DNA of 23,600 nucleotides from IMG/VR virus record IMGVR_UViG_2548876944_000013, positions 1 through 23,600 of that record. The stretch is one strand, 5' to 3'. The notes below the pieces were generated by a model. The model made no database searches. It saw only the letters and a list, made by a program, of their open reading frames with translations, and was not told where the DNA came from. Source of the stretch: a virus. Taxonomy: Duplodnaviria > Heunggongvirae > Uroviricota > Caudoviricetes. This document shows, piece by piece, positions 9,075 to 18,688 of this stretch; position 1 is the first letter of the stretch; each line of letters begins with the position of its first letter. The translations under genes and the position numbers were made by a program.

Positions 9075-9365
9075 TTAACGGTAGCGAGCATGTGTACCCC
9101 CTGCCAGAGTAATAAAGCAATCAGTGGTATTATCACCATTGCGCTTAACGTATTGAACTTTGAAACGCTGGTTTTCTACAATGACAATATCACCCTGCTT
9201 TAAGTCTCCCTCACGACAAAATAGAAATTCTGTCTCTGTCATTACCCCTTGTTCGTCGGTAGTAGTAATTTCATGATAAGCACGAATTGATTTACCACCT
9301 TCCACCGAAAATACAGGAGCACTTCGGAACATTCTTGATAATTGTGATTCTGATAATTTGAACAT
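9075..9365 (-). CDS. putative head completion / head-tail adaptor protein (96 aa)
   Basis: Small ORF directly after the capsid gene and its terminator. SD aggggg. Size and predicted beta-rich sequence fit adaptor proteins, but there is no specific motif. Confidence 0.4.
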   Translation of the reverse strand: MFKLSESQLSRMFRSAPVFSVEGGKSIRAYHEITTTDEQGVMTETEFLFCREGDLKQGDIVIVENQRFKVQYVKRNGDNTTDCFITLAGGTHARYR

Positions 9366-9391
9366 AGTTACCCCCTTTATGGAGTATTTAC

Positions 9392-9422
9392 ATACAAAAA
9401 AGCCCCACCATAAGGCAGGGCT
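9392..9422 (-). terminator. intrinsic terminator downstream of the capsid gene (minus strand)
   Basis: Hairpin agccc...gggct with an internal loop, followed on the minus strand by uuuuu (9400-9396). Confidence 0.5.
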
Positions 9423-9556
9423 AATTATTATTCTTTAGTTTTACGTTGTTTTTTAACTGTGGCTTTCGCCGTAACCGTCTGGGAATCTTCTTCCGGTTTA
9501 GGAATCAGATTTTCTTCCCCCAAATCGGGGGAAGGTTCAGAAGGTTCTACGCTAGT

Positions 9557-11563
9557 TCAGTCAGCGGAGATGTGAAGAACTTTCAGCGCTTCCGGCTGGG
9601 TTACAACGTAATCCAGATCTACCCAGATACGCGGAACGATAGCAGACTGTGCGCGGTAGGTAGTGTCATCAATGTCAAGTTCCAGACCCCCCCATTCACC
9701 GATGGTAATAGCGTCGAACGATCCCAGAACGATGTGGTCTACCGGAATAACACCAGAAGTAACTACGTCGTAACCAGCCAGTTTACCGTTTTCGATGATA
9801 TAACCGGAAACACCGTTATCTTTCAGGGTAGATTCCAGTTCAGCAGCAGTTGCACCGCTCATTGCAAACTTGATCGCCTGAGCAGGAACGCCAGCGTCGG
9901 TCAGTTTAGCAATTTCTTTCAGGAAGTCTTTATAAGAGAAAGCAGCTTTCTTCTCTACGCGACCAGCATCTACCAGTTGTTTAATCACACCAGCCGGACC
10001 ACGAGCATTTTCTTTGTCGGACAGAATCAGTTGTTCCAGTTTGATGCGAACAGCCTGGTTAATGTGATCAGTGATCAGGGTAGCGATCCCAGGAACGGTC
10101 TTGAGGCTAGCCCTAGAAATTGGGTTGCCACCAGCAAAAGTTTTCGGAGCCATTTTCACGTTCGCAAATTCGGCTTTACCTTCCGGTGCAGCACCGTTTT
10201 CATCAACGAAGCCGAAAGATTCAACGCTAGAAGCGGTCATTTTCGGAATAGCGGTCGGCGAAGTCAGACCAGACAGGACTTTCACACCCAGACGACCCAG
10301 AACGGATTCCGGCATCAGCATCGCTACATAGGAATCATTCAGCAGTTTTTCGTCAGTTACAGCGGTCAGAGTAGCTTTGGTGTTACCATCAGCAGCAGCA
10401 CGCATAGCAGCAGTAGGAACGAATACGGAGCCACCGCGAGCAGCACGACCACGCTGCATAGTTGCAGTAGCAGCCATTGCAGAAAACTCGGCTTCGTTAG
10501 CACCCAGAGCTTCACCATCTACCAGAGAGCGAATTACGTTGTTCAGGTCAAAAGTTTTTTCCATTTTAGAGTCCTTAATTTGTTGTTCGTTATTACGTTG
10601 AGCATTGGTAATGTTATTTAGTGCCTTAGTGCGGAATGCTTCCGGCGTCATGTCTTTAATTGCCAATGCGCGTTCTAATTCTTCGTCGTTAATATTTAGT
10701 TCGCGTGCAATTTCGCGAATTTCTAATTCGTCTTCTTCGGAACGTTCAGCCACTTCCTCGGTTTTTTCTTCTTCAACCGGAGCGGCTTCACGTTCTTCTT
10801 TTACTTCTTCTGTTTCCCGAACAGTTGAACTATCATCATCAACACTTTCAGGATGTTCAGCGTCTTTTCCGTCTTCGAGATTTTCATCTTCTTTATTCTC
10901 TTCAACTTGGCGCTCTTGAGTTTCTTCAACTTCCGATTCTTTATTTTCTTCTACCGGAGTTTCTTCAACCTGAGCGGATTCTTGTTCTTCTTTGATTTCT
11001 TCAATTTGTTCTTTAGTCATATCGCGTTTAGCCTCCAAATTAACTGTGATAGTATTTAGAGAGCGATTTAAACCGACCGAATCGTCCGCCGGGACCGTAA
11101 CAAAACTTAATTCGAACGGAACAAACTTAGTAACAATCAATTGCCCTTTGGTGTAGTCGATGTGATATTCTTTAATGTCATAGCCGACAGAAATTTTTTC
11201 CATCGTACCTTCAATGACTTTATTACGAATATCATTAGCCAAAGTGCCATGCTTAGAGAATCTAACGGTCGCACGGCCTACTTTATCCGCATCGATTCGA
11301 GCGTTACAAACGACACCTAAATGATTATCGAAATTATGATTAAACAGCAACGGAGCGTTATTATTCAGACGAGACAGATCAACCGCTTCCGGTGTATGTA
11401 CCAGAATTTCATCTAATACCACCATTTCTTGATTTTGCTCATCCCAGAATTGGCGCTGATACGGCTGTTCACTGGAGAAAGCAATTTCAAATTCGTATTG
11501 ATCATTATGCCCTTCGTTAATAACTCCACCGTAACCGTTAAGTTCGCGGCGAAATTTAAGCAT
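9557..11563 (-). CDS. prohead protease - scaffold(delta)-like acidic linker - HK97-fold major capsid protein, fused in one ORF (668 aa)
   Basis: N-terminal ~170 aa resemble the HK97-type prohead protease (LLFNHNFDNHLGVV, ISVGY). Residues ~180-330 are Glu-rich and coiled-coil, like a scaffold/delta domain. The C-terminal ~330 aa are capsid-like with strong 'high-expression' codon bias. SD aaggtga. Confidence 0.75.
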   Translation of the reverse strand: MLKFRRELNGYGGVINEGHNDQYEFEIAFSSEQPYQRQFWDEQNQEMVVLDEILVHTPEAVDLSRLNNNAPLLFNHNFDNHLGVVCNARIDADKVGRATVRFSKHGTLANDIRNKVIEGTMEKISVGYDIKEYHIDYTKGQLIVTKFVPFELSFVTVPADDSVGLNRSLNTITVNLEAKRDMTKEQIEEIKEEQESAQVEETPVEENKESEVEETQERQVEENKEDENLEDGKDAEHPESVDDDSSTVRETEEVKEEREAAPVEEEKTEEVAERSEEDELEIREIARELNINDEELERALAIKDMTPEAFRTKALNNITNAQRNNEQQIKDSKMEKTFDLNNVIRSLVDGEALGANEAEFSAMAATATMQRGRAARGGSVFVPTAAMRAAADGNTKATLTAVTDEKLLNDSYVAMLMPESVLGRLGVKVLSGLTSPTAIPKMTASSVESFGFVDENGAAPEGKAEFANVKMAPKTFAGGNPISRASLKTVPGIATLITDHINQAVRIKLEQLILSDKENARGPAGVIKQLVDAGRVEKKAAFSYKDFLKEIAKLTDAGVPAQAIKFAMSGATAAELESTLKDNGVSGYIIENGKLAGYDVVTSGVIPVDHIVLGSFDAITIGEWGGLELDIDDTTYRAQSAIVPRIWVDLDYVVTQPEALKVLHISAD

Positions 11564-11583
11564 TTAATCACCTTTAATTAATT

Positions 11584-11600
11584 GGGGGCATTGCGCCCCC
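11584..11600 (-). other. GC-rich stem-loop between portal and capsid genes
   Basis: gggggc-attgc-gccccc, a 6-bp all-GC stem, with no U-run. Possible RNA processing or stability element. Confidence 0.4.
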
Positions 11601-11608
11601 GTTGGTTA

Positions 11609-12073
11609 TTAGGGATCGGTTGGGGAATTTTTTTCTTCACCCTCACCATCAACGATAATATTTAGTGCGCTCTTTTCGGCTTGAATCTCTGAGAATACTT
11701 TTTCAGGATCATCACCACGTTCTAATATAACGGCAGTACGTGATTTAAGTCCTTTATCAATTAAAGCAATCTCGGCGTTTACGTCTTTAATTGGATCGAC
11801 GGATTCAAAACGCGGACGAATAATAGTAGTGTTGTCGATAATATGCGGAATTGCAGTAATACGAATCGGAACAATACCACGCGCGGAATAATGGCGTAGA
11901 TATGCTTCAAAAATTGGCAATACCACTGTTTCAATTAATTTGTTTTGCAGTGCTTTAACTCGTGTGCGTTGAGTTAATTCACCAAAACGCGCGGCTGAGT
12001 AGTTGATCTGGGAAGTATCACCAGTCAAGCCCTGTTTAAACACGCCTAAGCCCATTGATACGCTAGTAAACAT
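11609..12073 (-). CDS. portal protein, C-terminal portion (out of frame with the upstream portal ORF)
   Basis: Overlaps the 357-aa ORF by 28 nt in a different frame, and this frame is open far upstream of its ATG. No SD before the ATG at 12073. The two ORFs together span ~1.5 kb, the size of a lambda-gpB-type portal gene. Confidence 0.5.
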   Translation of the reverse strand: MFTSVSMGLGVFKQGLTGDTSQINYSAARFGELTQRTRVKALQNKLIETVVLPIFEAYLRHYSARGIVPIRITAIPHIIDNTTIIRPRFESVDPIKDVNAEIALIDKGLKSRTAVILERGDDPEKVFSEIQAEKSALNIIVDGEGEEKNSPTDP

Positions 12074-13119
12074 CGCATCATTGAAGCTGTTAAAGTCATC
12101 ACCGCTTTGGCGCTCTGAATTGCCTTGATCGTTGCCCCTTCCGGCAATTCCTGAATAGTACCCGGTGCAAAATCCTGTACTACTTCCGGCGCTTGATATT
12201 GGTCTTCATCTTCGCCAGTATCAAAATCGTCACCAGAATCTTTCGGACGTTCGATAAAGCCCATAGAGCTAGCTGCAATACGTTTCTGGATGATCGCAGT
12301 TTCGCGGAATGCGTCTTGATGTGCGATATCCTTGATCACTGGTAGGAAGTCAGTCACACCACGCAGAGATTCAGCCGTAAGTGGTTGATAATAATGGCAT
12401 ACTTGCGAAGCCTCGACACGATAGTTATCACCTGTGTAGGTCTGAGTCAGTAGATTGACTTTACGAAACCAGTATGCAACAGGGCGCATTGTGTTCACGT
12501 CATACTCCACACCTTGATATATCGCACGTTCTTTGCTTACTTCACGATTGAGCGACCAGTCGCACTTATCAGCAGACAGGATAGAAACATTTAACTCATT
12601 GTTTTCTTTGGTTAAAACGATGAAGCACTCACCACCCATAACGCGCTCACGTTCAGCCATTACCAGCAGTTCACGGAAGTTAAAGCGACCATTGCGGGAG
12701 AAGCGTTTAGCATTCTGCGCCCACTTCCAGAAAGCATTCTCAATCTGCTTATTCAGTGCGCTATCAAGTTTGCCATTTGATTTAACAACTGACGGCTTCG
12801 GATCTAGGCCAGTACCGACCACCATATCGGTGATGTATTGCGTGTAGCGACTGCCTACGGAAGTGTTTAAGGCCAGAGTACGACCCTGATCATAAAGGCG
12901 CTTACCGTTCGATTTGAGAGCCTTATTGAAGGTTCCGGTAATGGTGTCTTGTTGAAGCTGTCCATCAATGCGATCACCGACCAAGCCCAAAGAACGCTTA
13001 GACAAATCTTTCTGGAATTTTTCTACTTGTTTGTCGATAAAGATTTTTTGTTGTTGCTGGCGGTGATTAGTTTTAACTGGAGTTTCTACCGCCTTTTTGC
13101 GTCGAAAAAGATTAAACAT
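12046..13119 (-). CDS. portal protein, N-terminal portion (357 aa ORF)
   Basis: Position directly after the large terminase gene and an intervening small gene. SD aagggg. Called as portal mainly from position and the combined ~500-aa size of the two ORFs; no specific portal motif was identified. Confidence 0.55.
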   Translation of the reverse strand: MFNLFRRKKAVETPVKTNHRQQQQKIFIDKQVEKFQKDLSKRSLGLVGDRIDGQLQQDTITGTFNKALKSNGKRLYDQGRTLALNTSVGSRYTQYITDMVVGTGLDPKPSVVKSNGKLDSALNKQIENAFWKWAQNAKRFSRNGRFNFRELLVMAERERVMGGECFIVLTKENNELNVSILSADKCDWSLNREVSKERAIYQGVEYDVNTMRPVAYWFRKVNLLTQTYTGDNYRVEASQVCHYYQPLTAESLRGVTDFLPVIKDIAHQDAFRETAIIQKRIAASSMGFIERPKDSGDDFDTGEDEDQYQAPEVVQDFAPGTIQELPEGATIKAIQSAKAVMTLTASMMRCLLAYQWA

Positions 13120-13129
13120 GATTTACCCC

Positions 13130-13624
13130 TTATCGCGTAAGACGTAATTTGATATTTTTAATCGGGCTAATTCCCTGTTTACGTCGTTCGGCTTGAATTA
13201 GTTTAGATAACTGACGTTCATAATCAGTCTTTAATTGATTGAGAACAGCCACTGACTCGTAAGCAAATTGATTGCCCTTTACGGTCATTTGAGATAATGC
13301 GGCTTCGTCCCCAGATAAACGGGCGAAAATAACTTGCTCGATTAAGGCGATAGTTTCCCGCAGATATTCTTTTTTGGATTGTTTGGCGAATACTGGCAAA
13401 ACAGTTAATTCCTGCATTGATACCAGTTCATCTTCCAAAGTGGTTACGATGGTATATTTACCCTCGGCAAAATCTAAGGTTTTAATCTCATGATTAGCCG
13501 GAGTATCATCAACCTGATAAATGATACCTTTACTATTTCCTACCTGAATTGTTACACCCTCTTCATTCGCCAGCGTGATTTTTTCGCCTTTACGAATTAC
13601 TAAGGGAATTAGTTCTAAACTCAT
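13130..13624 (-). CDS. hypothetical protein (164 aa) between terminase and portal, possibly head-associated
   Basis: Good SD aagggg and tight packing in the operon. No recognisable motif. Confidence 0.4.
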   Translation of the reverse strand: MSLELIPLVIRKGEKITLANEEGVTIQVGNSKGIIYQVDDTPANHEIKTLDFAEGKYTIVTTLEDELVSMQELTVLPVFAKQSKKEYLRETIALIEQVIFARLSGDEAALSQMTVKGNQFAYESVAVLNQLKTDYERQLSKLIQAERRKQGISPIKNIKLRLTR

Positions 13625-13672
13625 AATTACCCCTTATTTAATTGTTATTGGATTAACAATATTTAGGAGTAA

Positions 13673-13690
13673 GCCGCCCCGAAGGACGGC
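13673..13690 (-). other. UUCG-loop hairpin immediately after the large terminase stop codon
   Basis: gccg-u-cc-(UUCG)-gg-g-cggc on the minus strand, with no clear U-run. Confidence 0.35.
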
Positions 13691-13696
13691 GAGTTA

Positions 13697-15604
13697 TTAG
13701 AACGATGTTACCCAGCTACGGCCTCTATTTGGGCGTCTGGCGATGTTTTGACGTTGTGGTCGTGTGATTGGCTTAGTTTCTTCTATTTGCTCGTCAGATT
13801 GCGATTTAGGAGCTTCTACGGATTCTTCGACAACACGGTTTAAGCTGTCTTTCATTGCAATGAGTTTATCCCATGACATTTTTGAAAGAACGTAGCGAGA
13901 AGCAGCATAGCTATAAACCAGACAGTCGAGAGCCTCGTTTCGGGTACTACCTGGATTTTTCACCCAACGCACGCCAGTAGTAGTACGCTTGATGGATTCA
14001 CTCAAAAGCTGATCGAGATAATCATCAGGAACGGTTTCTGATATTTCTAAGCCAATATGAGGATTATCTTTCAGGTTTCTAACCAGCATTTCACGAACAG
14101 CGGATTTACCAACGTTAACACCCAGCATAAGCAATTCATGACCACCTGTGCGGGTAGGTTTAACCGGAATCACTGGAGCATTACCAGATGAACTACCTTT
14201 GATAGCGTGTAGGTTCTTCCACTTGCCGCAAATACGGTATCCGGCTTGAGTGAATCGACCGTTCGATGTATCAAGGAAGCTGGCGAGCATTGGTACACGT
14301 TCACCATTAACGTTATAGAATTTGGTTTTCTTGAAGTTAACCAGGCGATCCCAAACAGGTGATTCATATCGTTCACAGTTATGATCGTAAAAGCTGCGGT
14401 GATCCAGAATGTAAACCTTATCTTTCGCTACACCTAAGATGGTAGATTCTGCGCGGTCCAATTGCTGGTCAATTCCTGAACACAAGAAAATCACGTCATC
14501 AGGGATATTCTCGATAGAAACATCTGTTTTGAGTTGTTCCAGTTCATTTGCTTCTACTGCCGTGTCCTGATCGTCGTATACCTTGCCTAACACGGTGTTA
14601 AAAAAGGATTGTAAATCAAAGGATTGCCACGCATGACTAAAATCAACCACACAAGCGCGGATACTACTGAAAGGTGAATACAGACGGCTGATCCAGAATC
14701 CTGCTACTTCACTTTCACGGGTTGCTCTCCACTCGCCTTGCGCTACTGCCCTAATTCGTTCCCCTTCTGTCCATGCGTTCTTACAGTGGGGGCAAATATA
14801 ACGAGCGGTATCAGGATCGGGTAAGTTCTTACCATCGATGTTACGCCATTCAAATTGAACGTTTTCCCACTCGATCACCTGGTGTTCCCCGCAATGAGGA
14901 CACGGAACAAAAAACATACGCATATCGCTTGATAACCATTGCTGGTTAATGCTTCCGAGCTTACTGGTCGGGGTACTGGATACGACTAATCGGCCTTCAT
15001 CGCCAAAGGTAGTTAAACGGTTAGCAGCCAGTGCCACCGGATCACCTTCTTCTGAGGCTGTAGCAGCATCGATTTCGTCAAGCAATCCAACCTTTGCGGT
15101 CTTACCACGTAGGGTCGATGGACTGGTTAGCGATACCATGTAAAGGAAGTGATTCGTTTTTAGCTGTAGCTGGTTATTGTTGTTAACCGCATTGCGATCA
15201 TTCTTGTCTGTAACCACGTCTTTTAATGCATCACATGCTTCGATAGACGGTCGGATCTTACCAGCGAGATATTGAGACATTTCTTTAGCGGTTGATTGTC
15301 CGATAATCATATTGCATGGATCGTTAGCCATCTGGTTAAACAGGATACCGTTCAGGATGGTAGTCTTTCCGATCTGCGCACTGGTCATCAGAACATACTT
15401 TTTCTTGTTCTCAAGGAAAGGAGCATCAATCATGCCTTTCTGGAATGACAGCAATTTAACTTTATCCCCAGCTTGAGGACCATCTACCAGCACCATATTA
15501 GCTTCGCACCATTCAGAAGGAAGGAGCTTAGGCGGTGGCGTAATATATTTGGCTGCATTTTTGAGAATCTTTTTTAATTTGGCCTTATTAGAAATTAGTT
15601 TCAT
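13697..15604 (-). CDS. terminase large subunit (GpA family, 635 aa)
   Basis: Walker A-like [11 protein letters not shown] near the N-terminus. CPHCGE...CPHCKN double-cysteine motif mid-protein. Length and domain order match lambda-gpA-type terminases. SD gaggg. Confidence 0.8.
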   Translation of the reverse strand: MKLISNKAKLKKILKNAAKYITPPPKLLPSEWCEANMVLVDGPQAGDKVKLLSFQKGMIDAPFLENKKKYVLMTSAQIGKTTILNGILFNQMANDPCNMIIGQSTAKEMSQYLAGKIRPSIEACDALKDVVTDKNDRNAVNNNNQLQLKTNHFLYMVSLTSPSTLRGKTAKVGLLDEIDAATASEEGDPVALAANRLTTFGDEGRLVVSSTPTSKLGSINQQWLSSDMRMFFVPCPHCGEHQVIEWENVQFEWRNIDGKNLPDPDTARYICPHCKNAWTEGERIRAVAQGEWRATRESEVAGFWISRLYSPFSSIRACVVDFSHAWQSFDLQSFFNTVLGKVYDDQDTAVEANELEQLKTDVSIENIPDDVIFLCSGIDQQLDRAESTILGVAKDKVYILDHRSFYDHNCERYESPVWDRLVNFKKTKFYNVNGERVPMLASFLDTSNGRFTQAGYRICGKWKNLHAIKGSSSGNAPVIPVKPTRTGGHELLMLGVNVGKSAVREMLVRNLKDNPHIGLEISETVPDDYLDQLLSESIKRTTTGVRWVKNPGSTRNEALDCLVYSYAASRYVLSKMSWDKLIAMKDSLNRVVEESVEAPKSQSDEQIEETKPITRPQRQNIARRPNRGRSWVTSF

Positions 15605-15691
15605 GTAATTACCCTCATTACGAAATATGAAGGTATTTATTAAGTTGTTGATTTTTTGATAAATACGGGTATTAAGATTTAAGGAGGGTGT

Positions 15692-16294
15692 ATGCTAATT
15701 AATCAGCAAGAAAGAGATGAATTAGAATTAGCCTTGTCTTGTACCGATCATGAATATCGTTTGCCAGTTAAGCACCATCACAAGAAGACTGATTACACAA
15801 CATCCGGCTTTAGTCGCGAGGAAGCGAAACAGATTTTAATCGAGTTGTATCGCGATCATGGGTATACCGATATTCATAACTTCTTTAAGAAGCATCGCAC
15901 ATCACAGACAGAGTTTCAGCGAGTCCGTGAATGGTTTGATTTTGATATCAAGCGTTATTATCGAGTGGATGACGGTCCAATCTATCGGTTGCAGTGGAAG
16001 CCGATCAGGGAAGTGCTTAAACAGAAGAGATTGAATCATGCCATTACACGCTATCGTAACGTGGCTTTCAAGAAAGGCTATGGTGATTCAAGGGAATTGT
16101 TTGTAGAACTCGCTAACGTGCGATATAGCCACTATTACAGGAATCCTAAAGAGTTCTTCGAAGTGCTGCGCAAGGTTGATATTAGTCGGGGTACATATTA
16201 TTCACGGTTGAAGAAGTACGGGATTAAGGCAGAGTTCTTTATGTCGGTTGACGATGGAGAACTTTTTCCGATAAAATGTAAGTCCTCTAAATAA
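15692..16294 (+). CDS. hypothetical basic protein (200 aa) with C-terminal helix-turn-helix-like segment; member of a 3-protein paralog family
   Basis: Strong SD aaggaggg. C-terminus [20 protein letters not shown] resembles the C-termini of the 85-aa and 64-aa proteins. Transcribed divergently from the terminase gene. Confidence 0.45.
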   Translation: MLINQQERDELELALSCTDHEYRLPVKHHHKKTDYTTSGFSREEAKQILIELYRDHGYTDIHNFFKKHRTSQTEFQRVREWFDFDIKRYYRVDDGPIYRLQWKPIREVLKQKRLNHAITRYRNVAFKKGYGDSRELFVELANVRYSHYYRNPKEFFEVLRKVDISRGTYYSRLKKYGIKAEFFMSVDDGELFPIKCKSSK

Positions 16295-16323
16295 AGGTGA
16301 ACATTCACTTTAATTTGGAGAAA

Positions 16324-16554
16324 ATGACTATGACTACTAAAGCTACTCGCGGTCGCCCTGCCCGTTTTAATCGTGAACAACTGGCAGCGATTGTAAAAGC
16401 ATACTATCAAGCACCGAAAGGTAAAGAGAACAAAGAACGGGTATTAAATGAGCATGGCTTATCTATAGCCCAGCTATACAAATCCCTACATAAAGTTGAT
16501 TTGAAATTCTTTGTTCAGGTTGACGGTGAAATGGTAGAAGCAACAGGAATTTGA
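16324..16554 (+). CDS. small DNA-binding protein (about 76 aa from the ATG at 16324; ORF track begins at GTG 16297)
   Basis: N-terminus TRGRPARFNREQLAAIVKAYY is a GRP-x-KF/HTH-type motif common in small phage DNA-binding and terminase-small-subunit N-domains. Followed by a strong terminator. Confidence 0.5.
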   Translation: MTMTTKATRGRPARFNREQLAAIVKAYYQAPKGKENKERVLNEHGLSIAQLYKSLHKVDLKFFVQVDGEMVEATGI

Positions 16555-16562
16555 TTCTCTAG

Positions 16563-16589
16563 GCCAATCCTTCGGGGTTGGCTTTTTTT
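16563..16589 (+). terminator. intrinsic terminator (plus strand)
   Basis: 8-bp stem with UUCG loop (gccaaucc-uucg-ggguuggc) followed by seven U. Confidence 0.8.
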
Positions 16590-16602
16590 ATACCTACAGA
16601 TA

Positions 16603-16628
16603 CAAAAAAGCCCCTGAAATTCAGGGGC
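16603..16628 (-). terminator. intrinsic terminator (minus strand) after the Rha-family gene
   Basis: 8-bp stem gcccctga/tcaggggc, followed on the minus strand by uuuuuug. Convergent with the plus-strand terminator. Confidence 0.7.
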
Positions 16629-16636
16629 AAAAATTA

Positions 16637-17452
16637 TTACAGTCCGAAGTGTTCTAGCGATCCAACATTCTGACGAATCATGATAGTCGCTTTATTCTGA
16701 ATCATGATCGTGTTATTCGGTTTAGGCAGTGTCAAAGCTGCTTTTTGTTCTTCTTCAAGAACACCCAATTCAACCAGCACCGGAAGCACATCAACAGTGA
16801 AAGAAAGTTGATAGTGAGCGTTCATGCTGCAAAACGGTATCGCGGAATCATTAGCAACATACCCACACGGCTTGTTATTTTCATCATAGACGCGCTCAAT
16901 GTATCCGGCAGTACGTAAGGCCGTCAGTGCTTCTTTAACCTTCGTAGCGCCCTTTTTAGCACCTAACAAACGCGTCATTGAATGGCTATCTACGGATTTG
17001 CGATGATGTAGAGTAATCAGTTGCTTGTTCTCGCGAGTTTTCTTTAACGCCAGTTCGATCCAGTCGGTTTCTTCAAAGTCTGCATACGGGTTAACGGCTA
17101 ACCGTTCCTGACGCAGTTTTTCATTTTCTTCTTTCAGTCGTTTCCATTCCTGAATAACAATCATTCGACGTTTAACATCGTAACCAGTAACAAGAGTCAG
17201 CGTCATTTCTTCGTCAAGGTGATATTCGGTTTGTTCGCGTCCATATTGGTCAAAATAGATACGCTGAGATTTCAGCGCATCTAATTCAAGTGCTTTAAAC
17301 ATCTTAACAATATCAGCTTTAACGTTTTTGTGTTCTTTTCCGGTAAATTCAGCGATCTGACGAGAAGACATGGTCAGTGGTTTGGTGTTATCAACAACCA
17401 GAGACACGGAAGCAGTTTTAACAGCAGTATTCATAGTAGTAACAGTATTCAT
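16637..17452 (-). CDS. Rha-family phage regulatory protein / putative antirepressor (271 aa)
   Basis: N-terminal region LTMSSRQIAEFTGKEHKNVKADIVKMF is typical of Rha-domain proteins. SD aagggga. Confidence 0.6.
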   Translation of the reverse strand: MNTVTTMNTAVKTASVSLVVDNTKPLTMSSRQIAEFTGKEHKNVKADIVKMFKALELDALKSQRIYFDQYGREQTEYHLDEEMTLTLVTGYDVKRRMIVIQEWKRLKEENEKLRQERLAVNPYADFEETDWIELALKKTRENKQLITLHHRKSVDSHSMTRLLGAKKGATKVKEALTALRTAGYIERVYDENNKPCGYVANDSAIPFCSMNAHYQLSFTVDVLPVLVELGVLEEEQKAALTLPKPNNTIMIQNKATIMIRQNVGSLEHFGL

Positions 17453-17543
17453 AGTAAAATTCCCCTTAATTAACGGTTTTGCGATTTAATCCTCCCTGTT
17501 CCGGCATCACCACCGGAACAATTTTATTTATAAGAGCTATTTC

Positions 17544-17798
17544 TTATTTGTTGTTAGCACACAATCCGCGTAAAGCCATTTGCAAAGGTGATGGTTTCGG
17601 TGCTTTGGATTCGTCTTTATATTCCACATCCACGGTTTCGGTAGCCCAACCAAAGCCCTTAACATAACGACGACGGCGGGTTTCGATCACCCCTGGTTCA
17701 CGTTCACGGAACATCTTCATTAACTTGTCATTGTGGAAGCTATCAGCATCAAAACCTAACAGGATGAAAGGAGTAGTGGTAGTCATTTTATGGTTCAT
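17544..17798 (-). CDS. hypothetical protein (84 aa)
   Basis: SD gagga 9 nt upstream of the ATG. Lies upstream of the Rha-family gene on the same strand. No motif recognised. Confidence 0.4.
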   Translation of the reverse strand: MNHKMTTTTPFILLGFDADSFHNDKLMKMFREREPGVIETRRRRYVKGFGWATETVDVEYKDESKAPKPSPLQMALRGLCANNK

Positions 17799-17997
17799 AG
17801 TGGAAATCCTCTAAAAGAAAGTGAATCAATCTAATATTATTTATAAAGAGAAAATTCTTGTTATTATGAAAGGTGATTGTATTCAGTCGGGCATAGCCCT
17901 CCTTCATAGTTTTGATTAAATCATCATCAAAACGAAGAAGTATCTTTAGAATATAAGAATCTTTCTTTTGGAGAAATAATAATCAGGAAGCAATTTA

Positions 17998-18026
17998 GCA
18001 ACCGAAGGTTGCAATCCCGAAGGGAT
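17998..18026. other. two adjacent short hairpins with GAA/UUC loops
   Basis: gcaacc-gaa-ggttgc followed directly by atccc-gaa-gggat. Confidence 0.4.
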
Positions 18027-18123
18027 ACCAATACCTTTCTAGAAAGTGATTGTTACTCACTTCGTTCGTTTACTAGAATCAGTTAGTAACTAGTATTAAA
18101 TCCCTTTCTAAGAAAATCCTTTC

Positions 18124-18258
18124 AAAAGCGAGTGAACGCCGTAGGCGTGAACGTGAGCGAAGCGAACTATCCAATCCCTTTCGAATCCTGCTTGCAGGTC
18201 TTAGAAGGTGTTGATGGGCGCTTCGCGCACGGCTACGCCGTATTCTTTTTGCGAGATC
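18124..18258. repeat. large imperfect inverted repeat with internal 5-bp-stem mini-palindromes
   Basis: Left arm carries acgcc-gta-ggcgt and gtgagcgaagcg. Right arm carries cgcttcgcgcac and acggc-tac-gccgt. The centre holds cctgcttgcagg. Region is GC-richer than its surroundings. Confidence 0.45.
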
Positions 18259-18372
18259 TTTCTTGAACGTAGTGAGAGAAAACGAGCAAAAAGGAGAACG
18301 TTAGTTCGAATTTTATATTCTATGGTCTGTGGGGCTAAATATCCTTCAAGATCATACACTTATGAGATTGAA

Positions 18373-18491
18373 GTGTAGGGTTAGTGTAGGTGTGTAGGTT
18401 TCATAGTGTAGGTTTGAGGGTGTTATAGTGTAGGTTTACTGGCTAGTGTAGTGTAGGCCAATCCCTTTAAAGTGTAGGTTTGTAGTGTAGG
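18373..18491 (+). repeat. iteron-like array: eight direct copies of GTGTAGG (extended (T/A)AGTGTAGG(T/G)TT)
   Basis: Copies start at 18373, 18384, 18392, 18406, 18428, 18451, 18472 and 18485, all in the same orientation, in a non-coding region. Confidence 0.7.
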
Positions 18492-18599
18492 GTTTTCATC
18501 AAAAATTTTGATAGAAAATTCTTGTATATTATTTAATCATAAAATCACCAAAAATCTCGGTAACCGCATGATTTAAAAGGAATGATCAAAAGGTCGCCG

Positions 18600-18608
18600 T
18601 GCTATAAT
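18600..18608 (+). promoter_or_regulatory. candidate extended -10 promoter (TGcTATAAT)
   Basis: Perfect TATAAT at 18603-18608 preceded by TG at 18600-18601. No good -35. Confidence 0.35.
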
Positions 18609-18688
18609 AGGTTATAAAGGTTGATAATCGTTATCCGCCATTTTCACACAAAAATTTTGATAGTCATTTCTCGCTTAGATCAAGTGTA

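Noticed and set aside
8669-9139. 156-aa version of the neck-protein ORF
   Set aside because: The upstream 23 codons overlap the preceding gene by 65 nt. The ATG at 9070 sits 4 nt after that gene's stop and is the more likely start.
9446-10621. 391-aa plus-strand ORF
   Set aside because: Lies entirely antisense to the capsid gene, which has strong codon bias and clear homology features. Its translation is Ser/Arg/Phe-rich low complexity.
10071-11059. Plus-strand ORFs of 68-104 aa within the capsid/protease gene
   Set aside because: Antisense to the Glu-rich scaffold region. The repetitive Ser/Leu/Phe translations are an artefact of the GAA-rich coding strand.
15630-15690. Divergent sigma70 promoter between the terminase gene and the 200-aa gene
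   Set aside because: Candidate hexamers (TTGTTG, TATTAA) have poor spacing and would leave almost no leader before the SD. Not confident enough to annotate.
17479-17667. 62-aa plus-strand ORF
   Set aside because: Overlaps the 84-aa minus-strand gene and the Rha upstream region, with no SD. Likely spurious.
18170-18200. tRNA-like T-loop motif (TTCGAATCC)
   Set aside because: Flanking sequence cannot form a T-stem or acceptor stem on either strand. Treated as part of the inverted-repeat element, not a tRNA.
18373-18491. Possible CRISPR array
   Set aside because: Repeats are only 7-12 bp with irregular 1-16 bp gaps and no unique spacers of regular length. The pattern is iteron-like, not CRISPR.
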